64,000 bases of DNA, from positions 45,888-109,887 of the forward strand of contig DAOTMI010000001.1 in NCBI GenBank assembly GCA_035450165.1, written 5' to 3'. The notes below the pieces were generated by a model. The model saw only the letters and a list, made by a program, of their open reading frames with translations. It was not told where the DNA came from and made no database searches. Made by a program: the position numbers and the translations under genes. Below are positions 31,801-40,156 of the stretch, one piece after another (positions within the stretch are counted from its first letter, which is position 1; each line of letters begins with the position of its first letter). The stretch comes from Candidatus Woesebacteria bacterium (GTDB lineage Bacteria; Patescibacteriota; Microgenomatia; UBA12405).

Positions 31801-32160
31801 GATAATAAAGGTTCCCTCTTCCGTCATGGTGGGTAGATTTAAAAGAAAAACATTCTCACTTGTCTCAACTCCTGTTCTTTTATTAAGAAGTTTGGCTTCT
31901 ATTCTTACCGGAAGAGCATAATTAATACCTTTATGTCGAGCTGTTTGGGGAGCAATTAGAATTGGATCATAACTTAATTTACCCAAAGTTAATTCCCAAT
32001 TATTACCAGTATAATCAGTAATAGGTGAAATTGACTGGAGTATTTCCTCAAAATCACAATTGAGGAAGCGCCGCCAAGACTGTTTCTGCACTGCCACTAA
32101 ATCAAGCTCCGGAAGATTTGGATACTGTCTACCCCAATTAAGCCTTTTAGCCACGCTCAT
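28888..32160 (-). CDS. rpoB: DNA-directed RNA polymerase subunit beta
   Basis: 1090 aa. Rifampicin-cluster-region homology and C-terminal GGQRLGEMEVWALE. Overlaps the rpoC start by 8 nt. Confidence 0.95.
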   Translation of the reverse strand: MSVAKRLNWGRQYPNLPELDLVAVQKQSWRRFLNCDFEEILQSISPITDYTGNNWELTLGKLSYDPILIAPQTARHKGINYALPVRIEAKLLNKRTGVETSENVFLLNLPTMTEEGTFIISGIRRGIINQLVRSPGVYFTGETDPTTGKVLYNAEIRPIHGSWLEFFVGKKDVIFARIDKRKKFPATVILRAACGLDDKQLIAEFGNFIESTLAADPSKSAEEALIEFYKKSHPGEPVVMENAQRFFNERFFNLRSYELGRVGRFKINKKFGFNFDDNNKENWVLREEDLIETVRYLIKLQKGEMTQLDDIDSLANRRLRCCGEVVAQIALRPALVRFERMVKERMSLISTKEKCIPSQIINPQPLISALNTFFRSNQLSAILDQTNPLSELDLLRRVTVIGQGGLSRERAAFSIRDVHSSQYGRICTVRSPEGPNIGLVTYLALYARVNDYGFIEAPFRKIQKMGNDYKVTDDFVYLDANDEFNHQITHLGIKIDEKGIIRQKWVPIRYRGEFIEGPIDRVDYIDLVPNQIVGVSASLIPFVDHDDATRALMGSHMQTQAVPLIKTEVPIVGTGMEKPIATALGRTVKAVNSGKVTYVDGEKIVVTLDKKAKVEDGTEHSFISHNGKTETYPITKFERTSPYGTCYNQQAVVNVGDRVKKGDLLIDGPATSQGELSIGRNLLVAYASIDGLGFEDSFLISDRLVKEDILTNIQIYEYVAEVVETKLGSEELTKDIPNVSEAELSKLTDDGLVMIGATVGPNDILVGKVEPRGEKELSAEERLLRAIFGEKAREVKDTSLRVPNGEGGVVIKVDILDKDRGDELDPGVNKVIKVYVAQIRRIQEGDKIAGRHGNKGVICRILPEYDMPYLADGTPIDLVMSPLSVIARMNLGQVLETTLAHAGLHLNKKYAVPVFGKYEEKVIEAELEQAGLPTNGKMQLYDGRTGQPYDYKSVVGIGYILKLVHMVDDKVHARSTGPYSLVTQQPLGGRARMGGQRLGEMEVWALESHRAAHILQEMLTIKSDDLEGRTKAFQAIIKGLPIPEPAVPESFKVLTRELAGLALDVNPIGVKETQEPEEVTPTVLEEEKHV

Positions 32161-32322
32161 TAAAATTTAATTTTGAAGTTTTATTAAAAGAGAAAGGCTC
32201 TTTTCAGCCTTCCAAATGCCTTGTATTATAACGCCCATGTCAAGTCAAAGCAACAACTAAATCATAGATTGTCAGAAACCCAATTAAAACCCTTCTGCTA
32301 GCCGGCTGGCAGACGGCTCTCC

Positions 32323-32350
32323 TTGACAGAGGAGCAAGGCAAAGTATATA
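32323..32350 (+). promoter_or_regulatory. sigma70-like promoter for the 32359 gene. The transcript would be near-leaderless.
   Basis: TTGACA (32323-32328), a 16-nt spacer, TATATA (32345-32350), then 8 nt to the ATG at 32359. A 20-nt near-palindrome tctgcTagccggctGgcaga (32294-32313) sits just upstream in the rpoB-divergent region. Confidence 0.4.
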
Positions 32351-32358
32351 TTTAAATC

Positions 32359-32850
32359 ATGAAAATTACCAAAAAAGTTTTAGGGATTTTGTTTCTCTTG
32401 TTAATTTCTCCTAAATTGACTTTGGCCGGCGGTTTTACCGTCAGTTCTATTGGCGGCGTCAGCACCAATAATATTCAGGTAAGTAAATTTTGGCATACTT
32501 CTCTCCAACCGACTTTTAGAGGAACGGCTTTGCCTTCGAGTAATGTTACTATCGATATTGATGGAACGGCGATTCAGGTCGCAGCCGATTCCAGTGGTGA
32601 TTGGGTTTATACACCGGCAGCAAGTTTAACCACGGGTGCCCACCAGGTAACCTTTACCAACAATGGCTCAACCCAAAAAATAACCCTAACTTTAGGAGAT
32701 TTAAGTGGAATGGATGTAGGAGGAATCAGTAGTTCTACCAGCGCCACGCCGGCGGCGGGAGTTACCTGGCCAACAGTCTTAATCCTTTCTCTGGGTGGAT
32801 TCAGTATCGTTCTGGGATTAAAATATCGGCATGCCCAAGTTCTATCTTAA
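32359..32850 (+). CDS. secreted/cell-surface protein. It has a signal peptide, an Ig-like beta domain, and a C-terminal hydrophobic segment with a basic tail.
   Basis: 163 aa. MKITKKVLGILFLLLISPKLTLA signal. VTIDIDGTAIQVAADSSGDWVYTP resembles a bacterial Ig-like repeat. The C-terminus is ...TWPTVLILSLGGFSIVLGLKYRHAQVLS (TM plus positive tail, sorting-signal-like but without LPXTG). Confidence 0.55.
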   Translation: MKITKKVLGILFLLLISPKLTLAGGFTVSSIGGVSTNNIQVSKFWHTSLQPTFRGTALPSSNVTIDIDGTAIQVAADSSGDWVYTPAASLTTGAHQVTFTNNGSTQKITLTLGDLSGMDVGGISSSTSATPAAGVTWPTVLILSLGGFSIVLGLKYRHAQVLS

Positions 32851-33820
32851 AACATTTGGTTGTGCCCAAAATACGGCCGATTCAGAGCGGATAAAAGCAT
32901 TTTACCAACACAAGGGGTGGCAGGAGGTGGTTGATTGGAAAAAGGCGGACGAAATCATCATCAATAGCTGTATTGTTAGAGAATCGGCTGAAAACAGGGT
33001 CTATGGTTTAATTAATAACATAAGAAAAAATTCAGTCGCAAGAAAACCTAAAATTATCCTCACCGGCTGTTTGGCCGCTGTAGCTAAACAAATAAAAGGA
33101 GTCGATGAAATCTTACCGATAAATCAAATTGCCACCACCGCTGAACCCCTTAGGTGCAGACAGAAAACAGCTCTCATTTCGATTACCAGTGGCTGTAATC
33201 ACTTTTGTTCCTACTGTATTGTCCCCTATACCAGGGGAAGAGAAGTTTCTCGACCTTCAAAAGAAATCTTGAAAGAAATTGACCAGGCAATTAAGGATGG
33301 TTTTAAAGAAATCCTATTGATCGGCCAGAACGTTAACTCGTGGAATAATAACAAATTTCCCCAACTTCTAGAAACTATTGCCAACCGACCGCTTAACAAA
33401 ATTTCGTTCGTTTCAAGCAATCCCTGGAAATTTTCCGATGAACTTATTAAGGTAATTGCCAGACACAACAATATCGACCGCCTTATTCATTTACCATTGC
33501 AATCAGGTGATGATAAAATCTTAAAAAAAATGAACCGAGGTTACACCGCCGCCGACTATTTAAATTTAATTGAGAAAATAAAAAGCAAGGTAAAAAATTC
33601 CAAATTCTCCACTGATATTATCGTTGGCTTTCCGGGTGAAGATGAAAAAGCTTTTCAAAACACAGTCAAACTCTGCCGTCGTGTCGGTTTCGAAATTGCC
33701 TATATCAACAAATATTCTCCCCGGCCGGGAACAATTAGTGCCAAAATATACCCTGATAATGTCCCTCAAACAGAGAAAAAAAGAAGGTGGAAAATATTAA
33801 ATGAATTGATTAATAAATAA
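32831..33820 (+). CDS. MiaB/RimO-family radical SAM methylthiotransferase, short form lacking the TRAM domain
   Basis: 329 aa. The MTTase N-domain (YLKTFGCAQNTADSE...INSCIVRE) and a radical SAM CNHFCSYC cluster. It ends after the radical SAM core. Confidence 0.7.
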   Translation: MPKFYLKTFGCAQNTADSERIKAFYQHKGWQEVVDWKKADEIIINSCIVRESAENRVYGLINNIRKNSVARKPKIILTGCLAAVAKQIKGVDEILPINQIATTAEPLRCRQKTALISITSGCNHFCSYCIVPYTRGREVSRPSKEILKEIDQAIKDGFKEILLIGQNVNSWNNNKFPQLLETIANRPLNKISFVSSNPWKFSDELIKVIARHNNIDRLIHLPLQSGDDKILKKMNRGYTAADYLNLIEKIKSKVKNSKFSTDIIVGFPGEDEKAFQNTVKLCRRVGFEIAYINKYSPRPGTISAKIYPDNVPQTEKKRRWKILNELINK

Positions 33821-33830
33821 AAATTGGAAT

Positions 33831-34742
33831 TTACTTTAAATAATTCTCAATATTTTCCAAATGTTCTTGGTAGGTTTTAGCGTAATGCATCTGGCCGTCT
33901 TTGCCGGTGACATAAAAAAGATAATCACTCGCTGTAGGATGAAAGGCGGCATAAAGAGAATCATAACCCGGGTTACAAATTGGACCTGGTGGTAATCCTT
34001 TATTTTTATAGGTATTATAAGGAGAAACAAGATTAATATCGTCAGCTTGAAGTGGTTGCCAATAAACCTTTGGATTTCTGAATGTATCCCGGGCATATTG
34101 AACCGTAGCATCAATCTGAAGAGCTAAATTAGCTTTTAAACGGTTAAGTAAAATACCGGCAATCATCTGTTTAGTTTCTAATTGCCGTCCCTCCCGTTCT
34201 AATAACGAAGCTAAAATAACAATTTCTTGATCACTCATCAAGTTAGTTGCTCCCACTTTGGCCTGAGCTAACTTTTTGTCAAAATTATCCTTAATTACCT
34301 GTAAAATATCATTTGGAGTAAAATATTCCGGAATTAAATAACTATCCGGAAATAAATAACCTTCCCACTCCTTAGAAAAACGAGGAGTAATTTCCTCTAC
34401 CCGAGAGCCGTCGATAATCCTTAACCAATAATCAGTTGAACCGCCATGGGAAAGCCGCTGCACTATAGCTGCTGTTGACAAATTTGGCGCCAGTCGAAAC
34501 TTACCGGATTGAATTTTTTGTTTCAAACCTAATCTGAAGGTATAAAAAAGAAAAACATATTTATTCCTAATCAAGCGGCTTTTTTCTAATCTGGCGGCAA
34601 TACTGGTTAATTTCTCCCCTTGATTAATAACAAAATCTTTGGGTTGATTCTCAGAAGATACCGGCAAATTACCCCAAAGAAAAAACCCACCCACCACTCC
34701 TAAACACAAAATTAATCCCAAGAAAAGAACCCATTTTTTCAT
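33831..34742 (-). CDS. mltG: endolytic murein transglycosylase MltG (YceG family)
   Basis: 303 aa. N-terminal TM anchor, then YceG motifs (LQIDATVQYA, SPYNTYKNKGLPPGPICNPG). Confidence 0.8.
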   Translation of the reverse strand: MKKWVLFLGLILCLGVVGGFFLWGNLPVSSENQPKDFVINQGEKLTSIAARLEKSRLIRNKYVFLFYTFRLGLKQKIQSGKFRLAPNLSTAAIVQRLSHGGSTDYWLRIIDGSRVEEITPRFSKEWEGYLFPDSYLIPEYFTPNDILQVIKDNFDKKLAQAKVGATNLMSDQEIVILASLLEREGRQLETKQMIAGILLNRLKANLALQIDATVQYARDTFRNPKVYWQPLQADDINLVSPYNTYKNKGLPPGPICNPGYDSLYAAFHPTASDYLFYVTGKDGQMHYAKTYQEHLENIENYLK

Positions 34743-34933
34743 TAGATTTCCGAAAATAAAGCCCGACGATAATTCTTTTGATTTCTAATATAAATCCGGC
34801 CGCAACGACAAGTAACCGTTATTTGACCACGGACTTTTTTTTCCACCCCTTTTTTGAGGGAAGCACCGCAGCCAACACACCGGCCTTGAGATAATAAATA
34901 GGCCTGAATCGGAGCAATTAAATTTTTTATCAT
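34742..34933 (-). CDS. small zinc-ribbon protein
   Basis: 63 aa with CVGCG...CRCGRIY. Translationally coupled between ruvX and mltG, with 1-4 nt overlaps. Confidence 0.5.
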   Translation of the reverse strand: MIKNLIAPIQAYLLSQGRCVGCGASLKKGVEKKVRGQITVTCRCGRIYIRNQKNYRRALFSEI

Positions 34934-35298
34934 ATCGCCCTCCTTAAAATAACAGCGGCCGCAATTGAATCAATCCAAGACTTATATTCTTTCTTTGGCC
35001 TTTTATTATTAATATAAATCTGGTCAGCTTCAATTGTCGAAACTGCTTCTTCAATAAACTCGACCTTTAATTTTAACATAGTCGCCAGTTTGTCACCAAA
35101 TTTTCTGGTCTGGGCAGCTACTTCACCCTCACTTAAACCAAGGTATATTTGATCAATTTCATAGTCCCGAACCAACCGGCGGAGATTATTGAAAAGATTT
35201 TTGTCGTTTTTAAGCGGTAATATTGGTGAAATAATTCCCTTAATTGCTACTGCCAATCCAATTCGTTTTGAACCATAATCAATAGCCAAATAATTCAT
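34930..35298 (-). CDS. ruvX: Holliday-junction resolvase-like nuclease YqgF/RuvX
   Basis: 122 aa. MNYLAIDYGSKRIGLAVA matches the YqgF N-terminus, with RNase H-like fold acidic residues. Confidence 0.8.
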   Translation of the reverse strand: MNYLAIDYGSKRIGLAVAIKGIISPILPLKNDKNLFNNLRRLVRDYEIDQIYLGLSEGEVAAQTRKFGDKLATMLKLKVEFIEEAVSTIEADQIYINNKRPKKEYKSWIDSIAAAVILRRAI

Positions 35299-35315
35299 TT
35301 AGTAAATAAGGCAAA

Positions 35316-36035
35316 TCATTCGACGATTCTCGCCCTAACTACCAGCCGGCGAAGATAAGTCCCCGGCGGTGAACAAGTAACTAAGGAAAGATAACGACCA
35401 TCATAGCGCTGTTCTAAAATAGAAAAGTCGGTAGCTTTCACTTCAAAAACATCTTCTACTAGATAAGTATAGTGGACTCGGTCAAAATAAACGATGATCT
35501 GATCGCCTGGAATTAATTTAAATAAAGTTGAAAACACTGTCAAATAAGATTTGGGATTGAAAAACTGCGGTAAAACCGAATGGCCAAAAATAACTGCATT
35601 ACCTCTTTGACCTGGTAGAGCTGTTTGGGGATAATGGATAATGCTTTTCTTTAAATCCTTACCACCGATAGTTACTTCGACATCTTTTATCCCTAATTTA
35701 GGAATAGATAAAAGATAACTTCGATGATCAGTTTCGCTTAAAAGCTCCTGTGAATAGGCCGCTGTTTGACCATTGTTTTGAACAAACCAATTGGAAAGCT
35801 GAGTAAAATCAACTGCTTCAGCCATAATACCTTCTTCATTGTTATAAAATTTGACGGAAAGTGGACTTAAAATAGGTTGGAAGCGACGGCTGTAACCCCA
35901 CTGAAAATACGTTAACGGGTAAAGAACGAAAAGAAAAGATAAAATACCAATGACTAAAAAAATAAAAGACAAATAATTTTTAGCCGCTGGTTTAGATTTT
36001 TTGGCAGGTTTTTTTTTCAAATAAACGTAAGCCAT
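35316..36035 (-). CDS. sortase (transpeptidase)
   Basis: 239 aa. N-terminal TM anchor. The catalytic triad context reads FGHSV (His), LSLVTCSP (TLxTC Cys) and a downstream Arg (RRLVVRAR). Confidence 0.8.
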   Translation of the reverse strand: MAYVYLKKKPAKKSKPAAKNYLSFIFLVIGILSFLFVLYPLTYFQWGYSRRFQPILSPLSVKFYNNEEGIMAEAVDFTQLSNWFVQNNGQTAAYSQELLSETDHRSYLLSIPKLGIKDVEVTIGGKDLKKSIIHYPQTALPGQRGNAVIFGHSVLPQFFNPKSYLTVFSTLFKLIPGDQIIVYFDRVHYTYLVEDVFEVKATDFSILEQRYDGRYLSLVTCSPPGTYLRRLVVRARIVE

Positions 36036-38152
36036 TAATTTATTCTAGAAACAAGATTAATCCGACTCTTAATAATTGGCAAAGGAAACACCTTACCAAT
36101 CATTGGTAAATTAGACCGAATTTTCCAACTATAAAAATAATCGCAATTATTTTTAAAATAGTTTAGGGCGGAACTCCAGGTTCGACCAACAATTTTTGAT
36201 TTTATGCTCTCTAGATCTAATTTAGGGGCAACTGAACCGGTAATAGTTAACTGACCAATCGCTCTCTGTTCATCGCTTTTTTCTTCCGTAAATTTCAATT
36301 GGTAAACCATCTGCTGGTAGTCAGCTTGATCATCTTTGGTTTCAATTAAAGAATAAATAATTTCATCCTTTTTGGCCGAAGGAATAACAAAAACAGTCAT
36401 TGTTAATTCCTGAACTGCCGATAATTCATCAATTACTTCACCAACATTGCGATTAAATTCAATTTTCTTGGATTGAGTTCTAACAGTCTCTGGCAAGGCC
36501 CCGGCCAAATTATTAATATCTTTTTCAATTTTTTCTTTAATAGTTGTTTCGACTGCTCTCTTTAGGCGCGATTCTAGTTCTATCTTATCTTGACGGTCAA
36601 CAACTTGGACTTCCTGCCGACTACCACCGGTAAAATCTGCTTCGGTTCTGGCTATTAAAACACTCTCGGGATAATCTTTAAAAACCAATTTTGCTCCCTG
36701 GGAAAGATTAAACTCCGGCCCAATATCGACCGCCCCAACCACTGTTTTAGTCTGACCCAGTTTAAGTACTGCCGGCTCTTGATTAAAATCTAAATTGCCG
36801 CCGGCAACTTGAACCGGAGTTAATAACTCAAACTGTTTATTGTCAGCAGTCATCAAAATTGTTCCAACTGGCAAATTTAGCACTTTTTCCTCCTTATTAA
36901 AAATAACAACACTCCCCTTGGCTTTTTCCCCAACAGTTTTTTTACCGGTTGTAGGAACCTTGTCGCTAACTTTGAGATTAAAAGATTGAATTACTGCCGG
37001 AATTACCCTCGATCCGGGACTGAAAGTGGCTGTTTGGGAATCTAAAGTAACTGGTATAGTTGTTTCCAAAGGCAGGGGTTTTAATAAAAGGACAATTTCT
37101 ACCCGATTTAACAACCATAAGCCAAGGAATAATAGAGGGATAAAAGATAAAAACCAAAGAAAAGCATTTAGTTTTAATTTTAATCTCAATTTAATTTTGG
37201 GTAATTTGGGCCTTATTTTAGGTTTTAAGTCTAGTTGAGCCATCGGCACTTCGACTGGAGGGGAGGTTGTCTCGGGAACTACTGCCGTCGGTGGTTCTAC
37301 TTCGGCCGGCGGTTCCATTGATAAGGCTGTTTCAGACTCGACTGGCGGCAATGATTCGACTGCTGCTGGTTCAACTTCAGCTGGAGAGACTGCCTCTTCT
37401 GTCGGTCCTAAAGATCCCGACTCTACCGGACCAATAATCTGTTTATTAATAAAACTAGCCCAAATTCGGGTAATTTCCTCCAAACTTAAAAACTTTAAAT
37501 CGGGTAAATGAAAGAAAATATCACCAATCTTTTTACCTATCCAAGGGTAATTCTTGATATCATCTATCGGCAGATTGGGAGTATCACCAAAAAAAATCAA
37601 TAGAGGTGGTAGGGTCGATTGGGACGAGAGATTAGCTAAAACATTTTCAATCGCTTTGGGAGAAAAACCGTCGCTAAAAGTTTCATGAAATCGTTCTTTT
37701 ACTTTGCCAAAATAAACCAAAGAAAGATTAAATTGACGTCGGCCTAGATTAATTAAAATAAAACTATTACTAAATGACTCGTCATTTTCAACTGATTCGA
37801 CTAGGGCTTCATCATTACCGATAAAACCCAACGGTTTAAATTTAAGTTTCTTACAAATCTCTTCGATTAGTTTAAATTTGGCTGCCGTAATTTGACCATC
37901 GATATCAATCCAAAAAGGAGAAAGAATAAAAGCGGCTAACTCCGGCTCAGCTGCTTCCTCAATAGCCGCCATTTGGGCTGTTTCACTTAAGGAGGCATCT
38001 ACCGCCAAAATCAGCGACTCTTCTGAATCTGGCTCATATATCTTTGGTTTACCGGTAACAATACGTTCAAATTGATTTCCGGCAAACAAAACCAAAGAAA
38101 CATTAACCTCTTCCTCATCGATAGCAATCAGCCAATAGTTATTAGTTGCCAT
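36035..38152 (-). CDS. large membrane protein. It has a cytoplasmic N-domain, a Pro/Glu-rich linker, one TM and an extracytoplasmic beta-rich domain. It is co-operonic with the sortase.
   Basis: 705 aa. No signal peptide. The repeat-like linker reads AEVEPAAVESLPPVESETALSMEPPAEVEPPTAVVPETTSPPVEVP. A TM follows at about aa 320-345 (AFLWFLSFIPLLFLGLWLL). Its stop overlaps the sortase start by 1 nt. Confidence 0.5.
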   Translation of the reverse strand: MATNNYWLIAIDEEEVNVSLVLFAGNQFERIVTGKPKIYEPDSEESLILAVDASLSETAQMAAIEEAAEPELAAFILSPFWIDIDGQITAAKFKLIEEICKKLKFKPLGFIGNDEALVESVENDESFSNSFILINLGRRQFNLSLVYFGKVKERFHETFSDGFSPKAIENVLANLSSQSTLPPLLIFFGDTPNLPIDDIKNYPWIGKKIGDIFFHLPDLKFLSLEEITRIWASFINKQIIGPVESGSLGPTEEAVSPAEVEPAAVESLPPVESETALSMEPPAEVEPPTAVVPETTSPPVEVPMAQLDLKPKIRPKLPKIKLRLKLKLNAFLWFLSFIPLLFLGLWLLNRVEIVLLLKPLPLETTIPVTLDSQTATFSPGSRVIPAVIQSFNLKVSDKVPTTGKKTVGEKAKGSVVIFNKEEKVLNLPVGTILMTADNKQFELLTPVQVAGGNLDFNQEPAVLKLGQTKTVVGAVDIGPEFNLSQGAKLVFKDYPESVLIARTEADFTGGSRQEVQVVDRQDKIELESRLKRAVETTIKEKIEKDINNLAGALPETVRTQSKKIEFNRNVGEVIDELSAVQELTMTVFVIPSAKKDEIIYSLIETKDDQADYQQMVYQLKFTEEKSDEQRAIGQLTITGSVAPKLDLESIKSKIVGRTWSSALNYFKNNCDYFYSWKIRSNLPMIGKVFPLPIIKSRINLVSRIN

Positions 38153-39858
38153 TATTTAAGGATAGCATAGAGACGGCGTTTTGAACTGCCGGCTGACTCT
38201 TCCTTAATAATTTTGAATCGACCCAAAACACCAGTTCTTTTAACATGAGGGCCAGTGCAAACTTCTCGGCTGAAATTACCAATAGTGTAAACAGAAACTA
38301 CGGCTGGATATTTATCACCAAAAACAGCCAAAGCACCCGATTTTTTCGCTTTGATTAGGGTCATATTTTTACTGACAACTGGTAAATCAGCCTGAATCAT
38401 TTGGTTAACCAAATTTTCCACTGCCAATATCTGTGCCGAAGTTAACTTTGAGGGATAAGTAAAATCAAAACGCAGTCGTTCAGGGGTAATATTGGAACCA
38501 GCTTGATGAACCTGATTACCCAAGAGCTGTCTTAAACCCGCTTGAAGTAAATGGGTGGCTGTGTGATATTTTGTTGTCATCTCGGAATTATCCTTTAAAC
38601 CACTTTTAAACGCCCCCCGATCAATGGTTTTCGATTTTCGCTGATGTTCCTTTCCAGCTTGATCAAATTCATCTTTATCAATAACTATACCCAATTCTTC
38701 TTCGATTAACTCTAAAGGAAAGCCATAACTTTCATAAATTTTAAAGGCTTCCTTGCCCGTCAAAGTCTGGTAATGTTTTAATTCTTTCAAACCTAATTCT
38801 AAGGTCCTTTTAAATCTCTTTTCTTCATCCTGGACTACGTTGATAATATCGGGATTATTTAATTCATCGTAGTTATCTGCATAATTATCACGATTATCAA
38901 TAACAGCCTGGACGATTGGCGTTAAACTTTCAATAGCCAAACTTTTGGCTAATCGGACTGATTTTCGAATTAAACGGCGAAGGACATAACCGCCTTCTTT
39001 ATTACTTGGTTCAATGCCATCGGCAATGAGAAATACTACCGCTTTTAAATAATCAGCTATGATTTGAACCGAATTTAACGACTGATTTTCCCCTTTCCTT
39101 AAGACTTCGATTGTCTTAATAATCGGTTGCCAAACAGAAGTTAAATAATCATTATTTTTCCCATCTAAAGCGGCTAAAATCCGTTCGACCCCCATGCCGG
39201 TATCAACATTTTTCAGACCAAGATCTCGATAATGACCTTGGCCATCAGTATAATGATCCATAAAAACATCGTTCCAAATTTCAAGGTAGCGGCCAGATTT
39301 TTCCCCGATCACAAAGGGAACCTCAGGCTGATTTGACTGAAGATCAATAAACATCTCGGTATCGGGGCCGCCTGGACCGGCTACACCTTCCCGCTCCCAC
39401 CAATTAGTTTTTTTTCCCAGAGTTACTAAATGATTTTCGGGTATTCCTAATTTTTTCCAAATTTTTGGTGTTTCTTTATCAGATTGATAAACCGTTACCC
39501 AAATAAAGCGAGGATTAAACTTTAAAATTTGGGTTAAAAATTCAAAACTCCAACTGATAGCCTCTTCTTTAAAATAATCGTTTAAAGACCAATTGCCTAA
39601 CATTTCAAAAAAGATATGGTGTCGACCGTCACCGACGCTATTAATATCGCTTGTCCGTAAACACCGCTGGAGACCCACTAAACGCTTGCCTAAAGGATGG
39701 GGTTGACCCATTAAATAAGGCACCAGAGGATGCATGCCGGCGGAAATAAAAAGAGTAGAAGAATCGTTCTCGGGGATAAGGGAAACATTGGGAATTTCCT
39801 GATGACCTTTGGCTTTAAAAAAATCAAAATACTTCTCTTTTAACTGCCGAGCTTTCAT
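38152..39858 (-). CDS. alaS: alanyl-tRNA synthetase, short form (catalytic and editing core, no C-Ala domain)
   Basis: 568 aa. AlaRS class II N-terminus (FISAGMHPLVPYL...RCLRTSDI...GDGRHHIFFEMLGNWS) and the editing-site HTATHLL. It ends about 300 aa short of canonical bacterial AlaRS. Confidence 0.8.
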   Translation of the reverse strand: MKARQLKEKYFDFFKAKGHQEIPNVSLIPENDSSTLFISAGMHPLVPYLMGQPHPLGKRLVGLQRCLRTSDINSVGDGRHHIFFEMLGNWSLNDYFKEEAISWSFEFLTQILKFNPRFIWVTVYQSDKETPKIWKKLGIPENHLVTLGKKTNWWEREGVAGPGGPDTEMFIDLQSNQPEVPFVIGEKSGRYLEIWNDVFMDHYTDGQGHYRDLGLKNVDTGMGVERILAALDGKNNDYLTSVWQPIIKTIEVLRKGENQSLNSVQIIADYLKAVVFLIADGIEPSNKEGGYVLRRLIRKSVRLAKSLAIESLTPIVQAVIDNRDNYADNYDELNNPDIINVVQDEEKRFKRTLELGLKELKHYQTLTGKEAFKIYESYGFPLELIEEELGIVIDKDEFDQAGKEHQRKSKTIDRGAFKSGLKDNSEMTTKYHTATHLLQAGLRQLLGNQVHQAGSNITPERLRFDFTYPSKLTSAQILAVENLVNQMIQADLPVVSKNMTLIKAKKSGALAVFGDKYPAVVSVYTIGNFSREVCTGPHVKRTGVLGRFKIIKEESAGSSKRRLYAILK

Positions 39859-39908
39859 GAGGGCATTATACCGTATTTTTCCTCTTTAATAAAAGCAATT
39901 AGTTAAAC

Positions 39909-40136
39909 TTACTTCTTAATTTTCTTAGGTTGAGAGTTAAATTTAACCGAGGGTAAAGATTCCAAAAACTTGGTTAAAAATTTGCCGCCGACGCTGAATA
40001 AATTGGAAGCTACTGTTACTAAGCTGGTTACCTCTTTGACATCCTTCAAAATCCCAATCAGATAAATACCAGCCACCACAATCACCACCGTGACGGCAAT
40101 CAAGCTAATAATTAAAATAATCGAAGCGGCATCCAT
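39909..40136 (-). CDS. small membrane protein
   Basis: 75 aa with one long TM (IILIISLIAVTVVIVVAGIYLIGIL) and a basic C-terminus. Confidence 0.4.
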   Translation of the reverse strand: MDAASIILIISLIAVTVVIVVAGIYLIGILKDVKEVTSLVTVASNLFSVGGKFLTKFLESLPSVKFNSQPKKIKK

Positions 40137-40156
40137 CTTGCGTTAGTATAAACTAA

